Below, in pieces: positions 49,035 to 58,790 of a stretch of DNA of 64,000 bases; position 1 is the first letter of the stretch, and the number at the start of each line of letters is the position of its first letter. A program made the translations under genes and the position numbers. Source of the DNA: Chitinivibrionales bacterium (lineage in GTDB: Bacteria; Fibrobacterota; Chitinivibrionia; Chitinivibrionales; WJKA01); NCBI GenBank assembly GCA_038247415.1, contig JBBRUX010000015.1, positions 11,929 to 75,928 of the forward strand. Reading direction: 5' to 3'. A model generated the notes under the pieces. It did no database searches. It was not told where the DNA came from and was given only the letters and a program-made list of their open reading frames with translations.

Positions 49035-49613
49035 TTATCCTGCGGTTATGGCATCCACCATTGAGAGTATGTGCACCTGTGCTGCTTCGAGCTTGTCGTT
49101 TATAAGCGTGTACTGATACGATCCAAATTCCTGGGCGAATTCGATTTCTTTATGGGCCGCATTAAGTCGTATTTGGAGTGCTTGCGGTGTTTCTGTTGAA
49201 CGAGAAGATAGCCTTTTGTTGAGTTCGTCAAGAGATGGAGGCATAATGAGGATTCCCGAAGCCTTCGGATAGACCGCATCAAATTTTTTCTTGCCGTATA
49301 CGTCGATATCCATTACGATATGGCTTCCCAATTTAATGGTGGTATCGATAAACGATTTTGGTGTTCCGTAAAAATTACCGAAGACTTCTTGCCATTCGGC
49401 AAATTCGTTATTTCTAATACGTACTTCGAACTCGCTTTTTGAAAGAAAGAAATAATGGATCCCATTCACTTCGTGGGGGCGAGGCTTTCTCGTTGTCGCA
49501 GAAATCGAATACACCATACCAGGGCGATTTTTACGTACATGGTCAAGGAGCGTGGTTTTGCCTGCACCCGAAGGAGCAGAAACGACTATTATTTTTCCTA
49601 CACGATGTGTCAA
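49035..49613 (-). CDS. gmk: guanylate kinase
   Basis: SAPSGAGKTT, SATTRKPRPHEVNG.HYFF, YGT, DIDV.G. Confidence 0.96.
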   Translation of the reverse strand: MTHRVGKIIVVSAPSGAGKTTLLDHVRKNRPGMVYSISATTRKPRPHEVNGIHYFFLSKSEFEVRIRNNEFAEWQEVFGNFYGTPKSFIDTTIKLGSHIVMDIDVYGKKKFDAVYPKASGILIMPPSLDELNKRLSSRSTETPQALQIRLNAAHKEIEFAQEFGSYQYTLINDKLEAAQVHILSMVDAITAG

Positions 49614-49622
49614 AATAAACTC

Positions 49623-49844
49623 CTAAGCTCGGCTGCCATTATTACGACGGTATTCTTCTGCTTTTTCTTCATTGAGAATGCGTTTAATTTCCAGCGATTC
49701 TCTTTTGAAATCTAATTCTTTAACCAGGAGATATTCAATTTTTGAAAGGGCATTTATAATTGAATTAAGCGTTTGACTAATGACAAGAAACAAAATAAAG
49801 ATCCCGCAAAAAGCAGCGACGGCAATAATGAGCTGTGGTATCAT
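49623..49844 (-). CDS. small single-TM coiled-coil protein
   Basis: 73 aa in operon register; N-terminal TM then charged helix. Confidence 0.6.
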   Translation of the reverse strand: MIPQLIIAVAAFCGIFILFLVISQTLNSIINALSKIEYLLVKELDFKRESLEIKRILNEEKAEEYRRNNGSRA

Positions 49845-50506
49845 ACGTAAGCTCCCAGATTAATTAAAAAGAGAAAGAATGAATAGAATGGTTTGAAAAG
49901 GGGATACAGAACAAGTGAAATTGTTGGTATCTTAAACATCCATTCTACTGCAATAAGAATCAAAAGGATCATGGGAACATGCCGCATCATGTTAAGATAG
50001 GGGATAACTTTGTCCCGGGGGAGAAATCCTATAAGTATATTAGACCCATCGAGCGGGGGAACGGGAATCAGATTAAAAAAAGCAATGCCAAGATTGATTT
50101 GTATAAAGAGACTAAAAAAAATGTGGATATACGATCCAAAACTGACAAATGAGAGGTAGGGAAGTATCGCAAAACGAAAGAGATACCCGCCTATAAGAGC
50201 AAGTGCCATATTGCTTAAGGGCCCGGCAAAGCTGACCCAGATAATATCTTTTTTGGGATTTTTAAGGTTTGAGGCATTGACGGGAACAGGTTTTGCCCAA
50301 CCAAAAGGGCCAAAAAAGAGCATCAGTGCGCCAAATGGATCGAGATGGCTTATGGGATTAAAGGTGAGTCTGCCTGCACGTGCAGCAGTAGAATCTCCAC
50401 GCAGAAAGGCAACATAACCATGCGCATATTCGTGAATGGTGAGCGCTATAAGAATTACCGGAATCGAAAGAATCTTTTGTTCTAACCAACCAGGGTCAAA
50501 ATTCAT
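49841..50506 (-). CDS. site-2 protease (M50) family membrane metalloprotease
   Basis: start MNFDPG; HEYAH, GWAKPVPV, AGPLSN, FNLIPVPPLDG. Confidence 0.93.
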   Translation of the reverse strand: MNFDPGWLEQKILSIPVILIALTIHEYAHGYVAFLRGDSTAARAGRLTFNPISHLDPFGALMLFFGPFGWAKPVPVNASNLKNPKKDIIWVSFAGPLSNMALALIGGYLFRFAILPYLSFVSFGSYIHIFFSLFIQINLGIAFFNLIPVPPLDGSNILIGFLPRDKVIPYLNMMRHVPMILLILIAVEWMFKIPTISLVLYPLFKPFYSFFLFLINLGAYV

Positions 50507-51614
50507 CGGAGATGCCTTTCTTAGACGAAATCGAGGGAGTTGTAACAGGTGTTGATGGCATAGTATCCAAGAGCTGGGAAACAACTTTAAATGAATATCC
50601 CAAGTGCGTTAGTGTATCGATAAGTGTTCCTAATGCTCGATAGGTTTGCTGCGTTGAGTCTGTTCGTTGAGTACCCATATGCATTAAAATAATGCCTCCG
50701 GATAATCCGTGGGGAAGTTGTTGTGCAAGTTTCACAAACTTAGCTACAAGTTGCTTTGGAGTGCGGTATCCAGGTTGATCTGGTGATGCGATCCAATCCC
50801 CACTATCAAACGATTGATCGAAGGTTGCGCCATGTACCCAACCAACATGAGTGTACCCAGCAGTGCGCGCATAATCGATGATCTGGTTATTGATATCGCC
50901 AAACGGGGCTCGCCATAAAGGCGCACAATGAATGCCAAAATTTTTAAAAAGTGCGCTGTCGGTGAGGGCCAATTCATGAGCAATGGTTGCGGAAGTTACG
51001 GTTGGCAGTGTTTGCTCATGGCGATTGATTGAATAGGTTGTTAAATGGGGGTGCGAATAGGTGTGATTCCCAATTTCGTGTTGGTCCGCAATCATACGAG
51101 CCACAATGCTTTGGTTGCGATTGATAAATACGCCTGTGAGAAACATGGTTGCCCTAATGTTACGTGATGCGAGCGTGTCAAGGATATTGCGAGCGCTGGT
51201 TGTATTTGAGCCCCCATCAAAGGTGAGTGCTATTTGTTTACATTGAGTATTTCCCCGGTCAAATGAATGAGATGCACTTTCAAATGCATCGTAATGCCCG
51301 GAAGTACCTTGTATACAACGAGCTTGAGGAACGTCATCGAAAAAAGATTGTGCCGCTGAGTTTGTACTATCTGAATAAGCAGTGCTTGAGTAGATGATTG
51401 CTTGTGGAGATTGAGTTGTGCGAGAAGCACGCGGAGTGCTTTGTGGCGATTGCGCAATTCTATGAGCAAGATAGAGCCAAAAAAAGATGCCCGATAAAAA
51501 GAGAGTAAGTGCTGCGCATGCCCAAACGTAGCGTGGAAGACCACGGTGGGTAAACTCCATGGGCGAATTTGATTTTGCAGGTTTTTGTACGTGAAAATGT
51601 TTTTGTTGGTTCAT
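50496..51614 (-). CDS. membrane-anchored polysaccharide deacetylase (CE4/NodB)
   Basis: ALTFDGG, GNHTYSHP, WRAPFG, IILMH; start uncertain. Confidence 0.85.
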   Translation of the reverse strand: MNQQKHFHVQKPAKSNSPMEFTHRGLPRYVWACAALTLFLSGIFFWLYLAHRIAQSPQSTPRASRTTQSPQAIIYSSTAYSDSTNSAAQSFFDDVPQARCIQGTSGHYDAFESASHSFDRGNTQCKQIALTFDGGSNTTSARNILDTLASRNIRATMFLTGVFINRNQSIVARMIADQHEIGNHTYSHPHLTTYSINRHEQTLPTVTSATIAHELALTDSALFKNFGIHCAPLWRAPFGDINNQIIDYARTAGYTHVGWVHGATFDQSFDSGDWIASPDQPGYRTPKQLVAKFVKLAQQLPHGLSGGIILMHMGTQRTDSTQQTYRALGTLIDTLTHLGYSFKVVSQLLDTMPSTPVTTPSISSKKGISDEF

Positions 51615-51624
51615 GAAGATAAAA

Positions 51625-52485
51625 CTAGAAGGTAAATGACCAAATTGTAAATACTGTGCCCCACGCAAATCCGAGCGCCCCAACACCCGCCCCAAGGTAA
51701 TATCCTGTTTTTTGTTCCTGTGTGAGCGCTAATGCACTCTTATCATGCATACCTTGATATATGGTAAAAGCTGCAAGGCCCCCTCCCAGTGCTCCCGATA
51801 TCAGAAGGGTTATCCCACCACTGCGAACGAGCGCGCGTTTGGTTTTTAGGGGATCATCGAGTTTTGTAAGCGGTACGGTAGAAAGGGCCTGGTCGGAGAT
51901 GGTAAGTGAATATTCACATGGCATATTTCCTGTTGTTTGGCGCACACCTTCGATGGATAATGCATCGGGCCTTGTGTGTAAAAAAAGGCATGATGCAAGC
52001 TCGATATACCGGGTTGCCGAAACGAGTCCTTCTGCGGCATACAAAATGGCACAGAAGCGCAAGGTAGATCCCGAGGCATCTTTAGAGAGCATAATGCCCT
52101 GCCAGTCTTGAGGCTGCGCCCCATCTTTCGCACTGCGGTTATAATTGTTATCACGCAATGATGTGAATACAACCGCTCTATCCGATGATCCTGACGCGCG
52201 CAGTTGACCGTTGATAATAAGAGAAGTTTTTGGGGCAAACAGAAATACAGAGCCCGATTCGATGGCGACGCTTTTCCCGTAGGGAACTATAATGTCTTGT
52301 GCAACAATATAGGGTGCTTTACGATTAAGAATAACCGGAGGCAGATCTCCCGTAAGCGTATCGGGTGTTGGAAATGCTGAACCATGAATAATTGATAATA
52401 CGGGCATTGGCATAAAAACAATAAGCGTGCAACACAGTATCAGAGATCGCAGGTGAAGCCATTGCATAAAACTTTTCATGTGCAT
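51625..52485 (-). CDS. exported protein with beta-helix-like domain and C-terminal hydrophobic hairpin
   Basis: 'PYIV..DIIVP.G..V.IE.G..F.F', 'L.A.G.....V.FTS', 'WQGI' repeats typical of pectin-lyase-like folds. Confidence 0.55.
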   Translation of the reverse strand: MHMKSFMQWLHLRSLILCCTLIVFMPMPVLSIIHGSAFPTPDTLTGDLPPVILNRKAPYIVAQDIIVPYGKSVAIESGSVFLFAPKTSLIINGQLRASGSSDRAVVFTSLRDNNYNRSAKDGAQPQDWQGIMLSKDASGSTLRFCAILYAAEGLVSATRYIELASCLFLHTRPDALSIEGVRQTTGNMPCEYSLTISDQALSTVPLTKLDDPLKTKRALVRSGGITLLISGALGGGLAAFTIYQGMHDKSALALTQEQKTGYYLGAGVGALGFAWGTVFTIWSFTF

Positions 52486-52507
52486 GTTTCGTTTCTGTGC
52501 ACTAAGG

Positions 52508-54490
52508 CTAGGGCGATGTGATACGCTTTATTTCGGCATCTGCTTTTAGAAAGTATTGATGTTCGGGATAGGAGCGCATGAGTGCTTTAACGGTATTCCA
52601 GGCATCGAAAGCACCTTGTTTGTTTGTTTCGGATGGAGATATATCAAAGACTGCTGAGGCAATAGTAGCTTTTTCAAATTCGAGAGATTCCCGAAACACA
52701 CGGGAAGAAAGAAACGCAGCGGGCGATACCGATGCCTTTCTGATCATCTCGGTAGCGAGAACCATATTTTTTGACAAACGGCTATCTTTGGCTTTTTCGA
52801 GATAAAATTCTCCATCAAAAATTTCTTGCGCGTCGAGGTACGCCTGCAGTCGGGTGCGATCGTTAACGCCCGAAAGACATCTCATTCTGTAAATCTTAAT
52901 TTTTTTCGTTAGGGCATCATCTTGTTGCACCATGGGGTATAAAGCCAGCGCGTTTTGAAAATGGGCCGATTCCACCTCACCGGTAAAAAGCGTAAGAATT
53001 GAGCGGGTTTTGTATTGGAACGAAAGCCTTTCGACCAAATCGCCCGAAGGTATTTGATCTCCATTGGTTGATTGGGAGAGTGCTGAAGGTGTCGGTTCAT
53101 TTGACGTAGTAAGAATAGATTTGATTGCATTTTGGGTAATTGGCTTTGTTGCTTTTCGAGAAAACAACGTCTTTGGTGCTTCTTTGGGAATAAATTTTAT
53201 ATCCACGTTATGAAAACCTTTCGCAGTATCGGAGGGGCTTACATCGGCTCTGTCCGCAGACTTTAGCGCCGTAGCTGCTCGTGTGGTATCCGGAGCAAAA
53301 ATATCCCGTGGGGGATTTTGAGATGTCGCGGCAGGTATGCCCACTGGCGCAATGGCTTGGCTATGGTTGCGAAACAATGGTTTGAGCAACGCTTGCCCAT
53401 ACACAAGGGAAAACCACAGAATGACCGTAGCAAGTCCAATACACGAAACGATAAGGACCGCGGTTGCCTTGTTTGACATGGCGGTTGTTCGCGGTTTAAG
53501 GCCAATCGATTTTTTTTCTGCGTTGTGGCTCTGCATAAAGGCAGCCATGACCGCTTCGGGCGAAAGGGGCGTGATTGCTTTATGGATAGCGCCTATGGTA
53601 TGAAGAAATTCGAGCATGTTTTGAACACGCTTCTCTTTTTCATAGCGCATACATTTGTGCACGAGCGCCGAGAGCGTGGGGGGGATTTGTATTTTAAATG
53701 TTTCGAGCGGGATGTAATTATTGTGCAACTTTGCGGTAACCAATTTGCCAATATTGGTGTCGGGAAAGGTTTGCGCCCCAGTTAGCATTTCGTAAAGAAC
53801 TGTGCCGAGCGCATAAATGTCGGCACGCATATCGATGTCTTTTCCGTCGAGTTGCTCGGGAGCCAGGTATTGCATCGTGCCCATGACCATTCCCTCGATA
53901 GTATGGGTATTTGCAGTAACAGGCTTTGCAATACCAAAATCCATCAGCTTGACAATTCCATCAGAGGCAACCATGATATTGCCGGGTTTGAGATCCCGAT
54001 GAATAATGCCCTGGTACTCGGAGCCAAAAATAACATAATGCTGATTGTGCGCATAATTGAGCGCCCGCCCTACCATTATGCCAATGGCTGTGCAGACCTC
54101 AAGAGGTAATGCCCCTTTGTCGGATATGGTTTTTTCGAGGGTGAGACCATTAATTCGTTCCATCTCGATGTAAGGGAGGTTGTTCCATTTTCCCACGCTG
54201 TAAATTTCAACGATATTGGGGTGGTGCAACTTGGCCGAAATTTTCATTTCGGTATAAAAGCGGTCCTCGGAGTCGGCGGAATGATCGGGATGCAAAAGCT
54301 TTACTGCTCGGGTAACTTCCAGGTCGGGATTCCAGATTTCGTAGATTATGGCCATTCCGCCACTGGAAATCAGCGACGTGACTGTACCAGATCCCATCGG
54401 GGCATTTTTTCCGACGTCTGGCAATTCAACCATACCAGGCAATAACGCCCTGTTTTGTTGACCAGGTTTGATAAGAATTGATTCACCCAT
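52508..54490 (-). CDS. transmembrane Hanks-type Ser/Thr protein kinase
   Basis: SSGGMA, AVK, HRDLKPGN, DFG, GTMQYLAPE; central TM; extracytoplasmic helical C-terminus. Confidence 0.92.
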   Translation of the reverse strand: MGESILIKPGQQNRALLPGMVELPDVGKNAPMGSGTVTSLISSGGMAIIYEIWNPDLEVTRAVKLLHPDHSADSEDRFYTEMKISAKLHHPNIVEIYSVGKWNNLPYIEMERINGLTLEKTISDKGALPLEVCTAIGIMVGRALNYAHNQHYVIFGSEYQGIIHRDLKPGNIMVASDGIVKLMDFGIAKPVTANTHTIEGMVMGTMQYLAPEQLDGKDIDMRADIYALGTVLYEMLTGAQTFPDTNIGKLVTAKLHNNYIPLETFKIQIPPTLSALVHKCMRYEKEKRVQNMLEFLHTIGAIHKAITPLSPEAVMAAFMQSHNAEKKSIGLKPRTTAMSNKATAVLIVSCIGLATVILWFSLVYGQALLKPLFRNHSQAIAPVGIPAATSQNPPRDIFAPDTTRAATALKSADRADVSPSDTAKGFHNVDIKFIPKEAPKTLFSRKATKPITQNAIKSILTTSNEPTPSALSQSTNGDQIPSGDLVERLSFQYKTRSILTLFTGEVESAHFQNALALYPMVQQDDALTKKIKIYRMRCLSGVNDRTRLQAYLDAQEIFDGEFYLEKAKDSRLSKNMVLATEMIRKASVSPAAFLSSRVFRESLEFEKATIASAVFDISPSETNKQGAFDAWNTVKALMRSYPEHQYFLKADAEIKRITSP

Positions 54491-54650
54491 GATGGAACAT
54501 GCTCTATCTCACGCAAAATCAAAGATATACAGCCACAAAAGAGGGCGTGCGGCTGCAAAAGGTATACTATACTACAATTCTAACATATGCACATGGTTGA
54601 TGTAAAGTATTGAAGATTAAGGACCTCCAAAAAATAGCGTGCGAACGCAA

Positions 54651-54686
54651 AAAAAAAGGGGAGTCTTTACAGACTCCCCTTTTTTT
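54651..54686. terminator. bidirectional intrinsic terminator
   Basis: AAAAAAAGGGGAGTCT-TTAC-AGACTCCCCTTTTTTT. Confidence 0.88.
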
Positions 54687-54702
54687 AAATCTACTACTTA
54701 CG

Positions 54703-55599
54703 TTATTTCTTCTTTTTAAAATCGGTCTTGAGGTCAACAAAAGCAGTCCAACGATTTTGACTTCCATCTGTGATGAGAGAATCGTAGGTCGGTTGAGGCT
54801 TCTTTCTCCAAGAATCTTTACCCTTTTCGGTATACCGTTCCTCGAAATTTTGACGAACGCTCTGGAACCGATTTACATAGATAAAAATGGTGTCGCCATA
54901 GAGATCGAAAGTACCGTAGGAACGAAATTCCCAATCTTCTTTAAGGCGAGGATTTGATTGCCCTTTTTTCTTTTCGACGAGAAGGGCAGTGCCATCTGCA
55001 TTAAAGGTAAAAATCTTGTTTTCAATCGCATTTACCTTTTTATCGGTTTCGCTGCTGCTTTTTTGTTCAGATTCCCAGCTTCCTATCAGTTCTGGTCGCA
55101 CTTCTAGGCCACGGTCGCTATTAAGTTTGAGCGTAGGAATACATTCAGCAGCTACCTTAAGAGTTTGTTCGGTTTGGAGTATCCAGCCAATTCCAGCAAA
55201 TGAGTCGGAGCGAGCAGCGAGACTGTCGAGCTTTTTGCGGGGATAGCCTTCTAAACCCTTGCGGCCGATAGCAATAATGCTTTTGAGAGAATCGATGGAT
55301 GATTTAAGCATTGCTGCTTTTTCGGTGTAAAATGCTTGGGCTTTTGCAATTTCTTTTTTGCAGCTATCAGCAGAGGCGTTTGCCATGCTGTTGTCGGACT
55401 TGCCTTTGCTATAAACTGCTTGAGCAAGAAATACCCGAGCAGACGAAAGAATACTATCGGGAACACCTTTTTGCGTAAGTGCTGCAATACCTGTTTCATA
55501 TTCCGCAAGCTTTTTATCGCTTACACTGCAACCAATAAACGCTACAGTTAGTAGAGCGCTTAAACCGAGTGTCGCAATGCGACCCATAGTATGATGCAT
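54703..55599 (-). CDS. lipoprotein, unknown function (helical N-domain, lipocalin-like C-domain)
   Basis: lipobox FIGC; 'ELIGSW', 'FTFNADGT'; start may be at 55587. Confidence 0.7.
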   Translation of the reverse strand: MHHTMGRIATLGLSALLTVAFIGCSVSDKKLAEYETGIAALTQKGVPDSILSSARVFLAQAVYSKGKSDNSMANASADSCKKEIAKAQAFYTEKAAMLKSSIDSLKSIIAIGRKGLEGYPRKKLDSLAARSDSFAGIGWILQTEQTLKVAAECIPTLKLNSDRGLEVRPELIGSWESEQKSSSETDKKVNAIENKIFTFNADGTALLVEKKKGQSNPRLKEDWEFRSYGTFDLYGDTIFIYVNRFQSVRQNFEERYTEKGKDSWRKKPQPTYDSLITDGSQNRWTAFVDLKTDFKKKK

Positions 55600-55895
55600 G
55601 GCAATCCCCCTACAAAAAAGAAAATGGTTATAAAATCTTATAACGTTCTCATTTTAAAAAATAACGCTATGACCATTAAGATACGTCGTAAGGTCTGGCA
55701 AGTCAAGGGGTGCGGCCCACAAAACTTTATTGAGGGTAATTTGGCACTGTCTTGGGGTATGGTTTTGGAGCCGTTCGCAGCACAGAGGTGCATTAAGCGA
55801 AGCGCCGCATAGCAGCGCGTCGTCGAAATGTCGAAGTGCCTCAGTGAACACGGGTTTTGCAATAACCTCGACTGTTTCATCTTCAAAAATGTGCG

Positions 55896-56678
55896 CTATT
55901 CCCGAGAGGCTGCTCCCCCAAAAAGTTGGTAGGTTGCAACAACTCCCTGTGGGTCAGAATAATTTTTTGCATACTCTTTACAGAGTTTCAGCATATCTAT
56001 GGGCTTGGCGTCGGTTTGATGTATGGCGCTGGCGCCTATTTCGCTAAAATGTTTCATGAGATGACGCGCTGTTTTAAAGTAGACGGTGTGTGTGTGCTGG
56101 TGCGCTGTTTTTAGAACAAGGCCATGCTTAGCAAGCAGTGATTCAAAAACTTCCCGTGTGGGAAAATGAACGGGATTGGATATACCAAATGCGGCCCGCA
56201 TACTTTCGAGTTCGTGAAGTGTCCCTTGCAAAAAAATTCCAAATATAAAGGTCCCCCGTTGCTTGAGCGTTGCGGCAATGGTGCCCATAATTTTATCCAG
56301 ACTCGTGCTCCATTGCAGCGATGATGTAGCGCTAATTGCCAGCAGACTTTCTCGCTTGATGCACAGATGGTCGAAGTCGGTACAGAGTGGCAGGGCGTTT
56401 TTAGTTTCTTTGCAAAGAATAAGGCTTTGAAGGGCTATGTCGGCAGCTATAATGTTCATGGAGGGAAAGGATTCGTATACCGGAGCCAGAAAGGGTGCAC
56501 TGCCACTACCAATATCCAGCATAAGCGTGCATTCTCGCGGAATATACGCAGAGCATGAATATGCCAAATGAGCGAGTTTTTTTTGTATATGTGCTTTTGC
56601 TTCGTAGTGGTGTGCCTGTTGCCCAAAATGTGAAGCGATTTCTCGAATGGGTGGAGGACGTTGATCCATACGTTTCAC
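55896..56678 (-). CDS. BioC-like malonyl-ACP O-methyltransferase
   Basis: 'IASHF...AHHY...A.IQK', LDIGSGS, SSLQW, GTLHEL, 'IGA', 'ATYQ'. Confidence 0.75.
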   Translation of the reverse strand: MKRMDQRPPPIREIASHFGQQAHHYEAKAHIQKKLAHLAYSCSAYIPRECTLMLDIGSGSAPFLAPVYESFPSMNIIAADIALQSLILCKETKNALPLCTDFDHLCIKRESLLAISATSSLQWSTSLDKIMGTIAATLKQRGTFIFGIFLQGTLHELESMRAAFGISNPVHFPTREVFESLLAKHGLVLKTAHQHTHTVYFKTARHLMKHFSEIGASAIHQTDAKPIDMLKLCKEYAKNYSDPQGVVATYQLFGGAASRE

Positions 56679-57808
56679 CTGTTATGTTCGCGCAGACGTG
56701 CAACTACGGTGCATAACACGTTTGCAACTGTTTCGACCTCGTGTTCTGTGCTTGAGATGCCAAGCGAAAAACGAATTGCCGAAATTGTTTCTGTTTTTTT
56801 TCGCCCCAGAGCCGTTATAACCGCTGATGGTTCGAGAGCACCAGAGTGGCATGCGGCGCCTCCGGAAACGCAGATGTTTTCTTGGTCGAGTGATGCTAAG
56901 AGCATTTCGGTGGTTGTTCCAGGAAAACTCACGTTGAGCGTTCCTCCCAAGCGAAGTGTGGGGTGCCCGTTGCGAATTGAGTTTGGTATAGTGGCAGAGA
57001 TTTTAGAAAAAAGCCTTTCGGTTAAGGCCTTTTGCCGAATGTGTTCGCTCTCACGCACTCCTTCGCAGAACGCACCTGCTGCAAGCATGCCTGCTATGGC
57101 GGGAACATTATGGGTTCCACCACGGCGTGACTGCTCTTGCATGCCTCCCAGAATGTGTGCCGCAAGAGGTGTGCCTTTACGTACAATAAGGGCTCCGCAG
57201 CCCTTGGGTCCGTACATTTTGTGTGACGAAAGGGAGAGCAGCGAAATATTTTGATCTTTACATGAGAGGGGTATTTTGCCAAATGCCTGAACCGCATCGG
57301 TGTGGAATGGCACGCCAAAACGGGCGCATCGGGCACCAATTTCGGTGATGGGCTGAAGCGTGCCGATTTCGTTGTTTGCGCTCATGATGCTTACCAAGGC
57401 ACTGTTCTCGCAAAGAAGCGCGTCTAGTGCGTCAAGAGATATAATACCCTGTGAATCCACCGGAAGAGTGTGTACTCTTCTGCCCTGCTTGGCAAGGTGT
57501 TCTGCACACGCCACAACGGCAGGATGTTCAATTGACGAAACAATAATATCCCCGGGCCGTTTTACGCATACCCCAAAGAGCGCCAGGTTATTGGCTTCGG
57601 TTCCTCCACTGGTAAATACCACCTCATCGTGAGACGCTCCAAGGGTGTGCGCCAGAAGTTCGCGCATTTGTTCGAGAAATGCAAAACTCTTTGCGCCTAA
57701 GGCATGGAGTGAAAGCGGATTGGCATAATAATCGATAGAAGCCTTGGTAAAAGCTTCTATCGCTGCAGGATGCACCGGGGTAGAGGCATTATGATCGAAA
57801 TAAATCAT
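56675..57808 (-). CDS. iscS: cysteine desulfurase (IscS/NifS group I)
   Basis: IYFDHNASTP, FTSGGTEANN, DAVQ, SSHKMYGPKG, SGGAACHS. Confidence 0.92.
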   Translation of the reverse strand: MIYFDHNASTPVHPAAIEAFTKASIDYYANPLSLHALGAKSFAFLEQMRELLAHTLGASHDEVVFTSGGTEANNLALFGVCVKRPGDIIVSSIEHPAVVACAEHLAKQGRRVHTLPVDSQGIISLDALDALLCENSALVSIMSANNEIGTLQPITEIGARCARFGVPFHTDAVQAFGKIPLSCKDQNISLLSLSSHKMYGPKGCGALIVRKGTPLAAHILGGMQEQSRRGGTHNVPAIAGMLAAGAFCEGVRESEHIRQKALTERLFSKISATIPNSIRNGHPTLRLGGTLNVSFPGTTTEMLLASLDQENICVSGGAACHSGALEPSAVITALGRKKTETISAIRFSLGISSTEHEVETVANVLCTVVARLREHNR

Positions 57809-58743
57809 TTCTTGGGAGTTTTTTTCGTTTGTCGGATAAGCGTTTCGCGGCTTGCTGGAGCGCCGTAGACAATACTTCCAGCAACTACCGATTCGGTGAT
57901 CCAGGTAGATCCTCCGATAACCGAGCCTTTCCCAATGGTAGTATTACCACCAAGAATTGTGGCGTTGGCATAAATGATAACATCGTCTTCTATGTTTGGG
58001 TGCCGCTTAATTCCCTTGATGGGTTTGCCACTTTTGTCAAGTTTGAAACTTAATGCCCCCAGCGTAACGCCCTGATACAGTTTCACATTCTTTCCAATAA
58101 CAGCTGTTTCCCCAATGACAACACCTGTCCCATGGTCGATAAAAAACCGTGGTCCTATGGATGCGCCCGGATGGATATCGATACCGGTTCGGCTGTGAGC
58201 ACGTTCGGCCATGATGCGCGGAATAATTGGAACATCGTGCTTGTAAAGGGCATGGGCAACCCGATGCGTTGCAATTGCCTCTATGCAGGGGTAGCTGAGC
58301 ACAATTTCGTCTATGTAATGAGCCGCAGGATCGCCATCATAGGCAGCGCTAATGTCTGCAAGCAGCGTTTGTCGAATGGCCGGAAGTCCTTCGATAAGGC
58401 TTATCACGGTTTCTTCTGCGTGTTGCTCGCAGGTGCAATCGGAGCATTTTTTCTTGAAGCAACGGTATTTGAAGACATCTTGAATATGATGAGAGAGGGT
58501 ATGGCTTAAATGTCGAAGAGAATCGCTAATCACAAAATTCATGTCGTTGCGGTTTACGCGTTGCTTCCCAAAACTGCCCGGAAAGAGAATGGCAAGAATT
58601 TCATCGAGGACTTCGTATATTTGGGTTCTACCGGCTAAATCCAGGCCAATATCTGGCTCTGAGTCGTACCCTAAGAGAATACTTTTTTCGAGTTTTTGGA
58701 CTACTGTTGGTAAACGAGTATTCATCCAGTTGTTTATGCGCAT
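57805..58743 (-). CDS. cysE: serine O-acetyltransferase (long EpsC-type)
   Basis: GDPAA, LSYP, TGIDIHPGA, FIDHGTGVVIGET, KRHP. Confidence 0.93.
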   Translation of the reverse strand: MRINNWMNTRLPTVVQKLEKSILLGYDSEPDIGLDLAGRTQIYEVLDEILAILFPGSFGKQRVNRNDMNFVISDSLRHLSHTLSHHIQDVFKYRCFKKKCSDCTCEQHAEETVISLIEGLPAIRQTLLADISAAYDGDPAAHYIDEIVLSYPCIEAIATHRVAHALYKHDVPIIPRIMAERAHSRTGIDIHPGASIGPRFFIDHGTGVVIGETAVIGKNVKLYQGVTLGALSFKLDKSGKPIKGIKRHPNIEDDVIIYANATILGGNTTIGKGSVIGGSTWITESVVAGSIVYGAPASRETLIRQTKKTPKK

Positions 58744-58790
58744 AAGACAAATGCCTTTCGGAAATGGATCCTGCAAGAATTTCTGCAGTT

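Noticed and set aside
54610..54957. 115-aa plus-strand ORF and many other short antisense or out-of-frame ORFs
   Set aside because: Shadows of well-supported genes or terminators, with no motifs
55741..55756. TTGGCACTGTCTTGG sigma54-like site
   Set aside because: No -12 GC at the right spacing, and no plus-strand gene downstream
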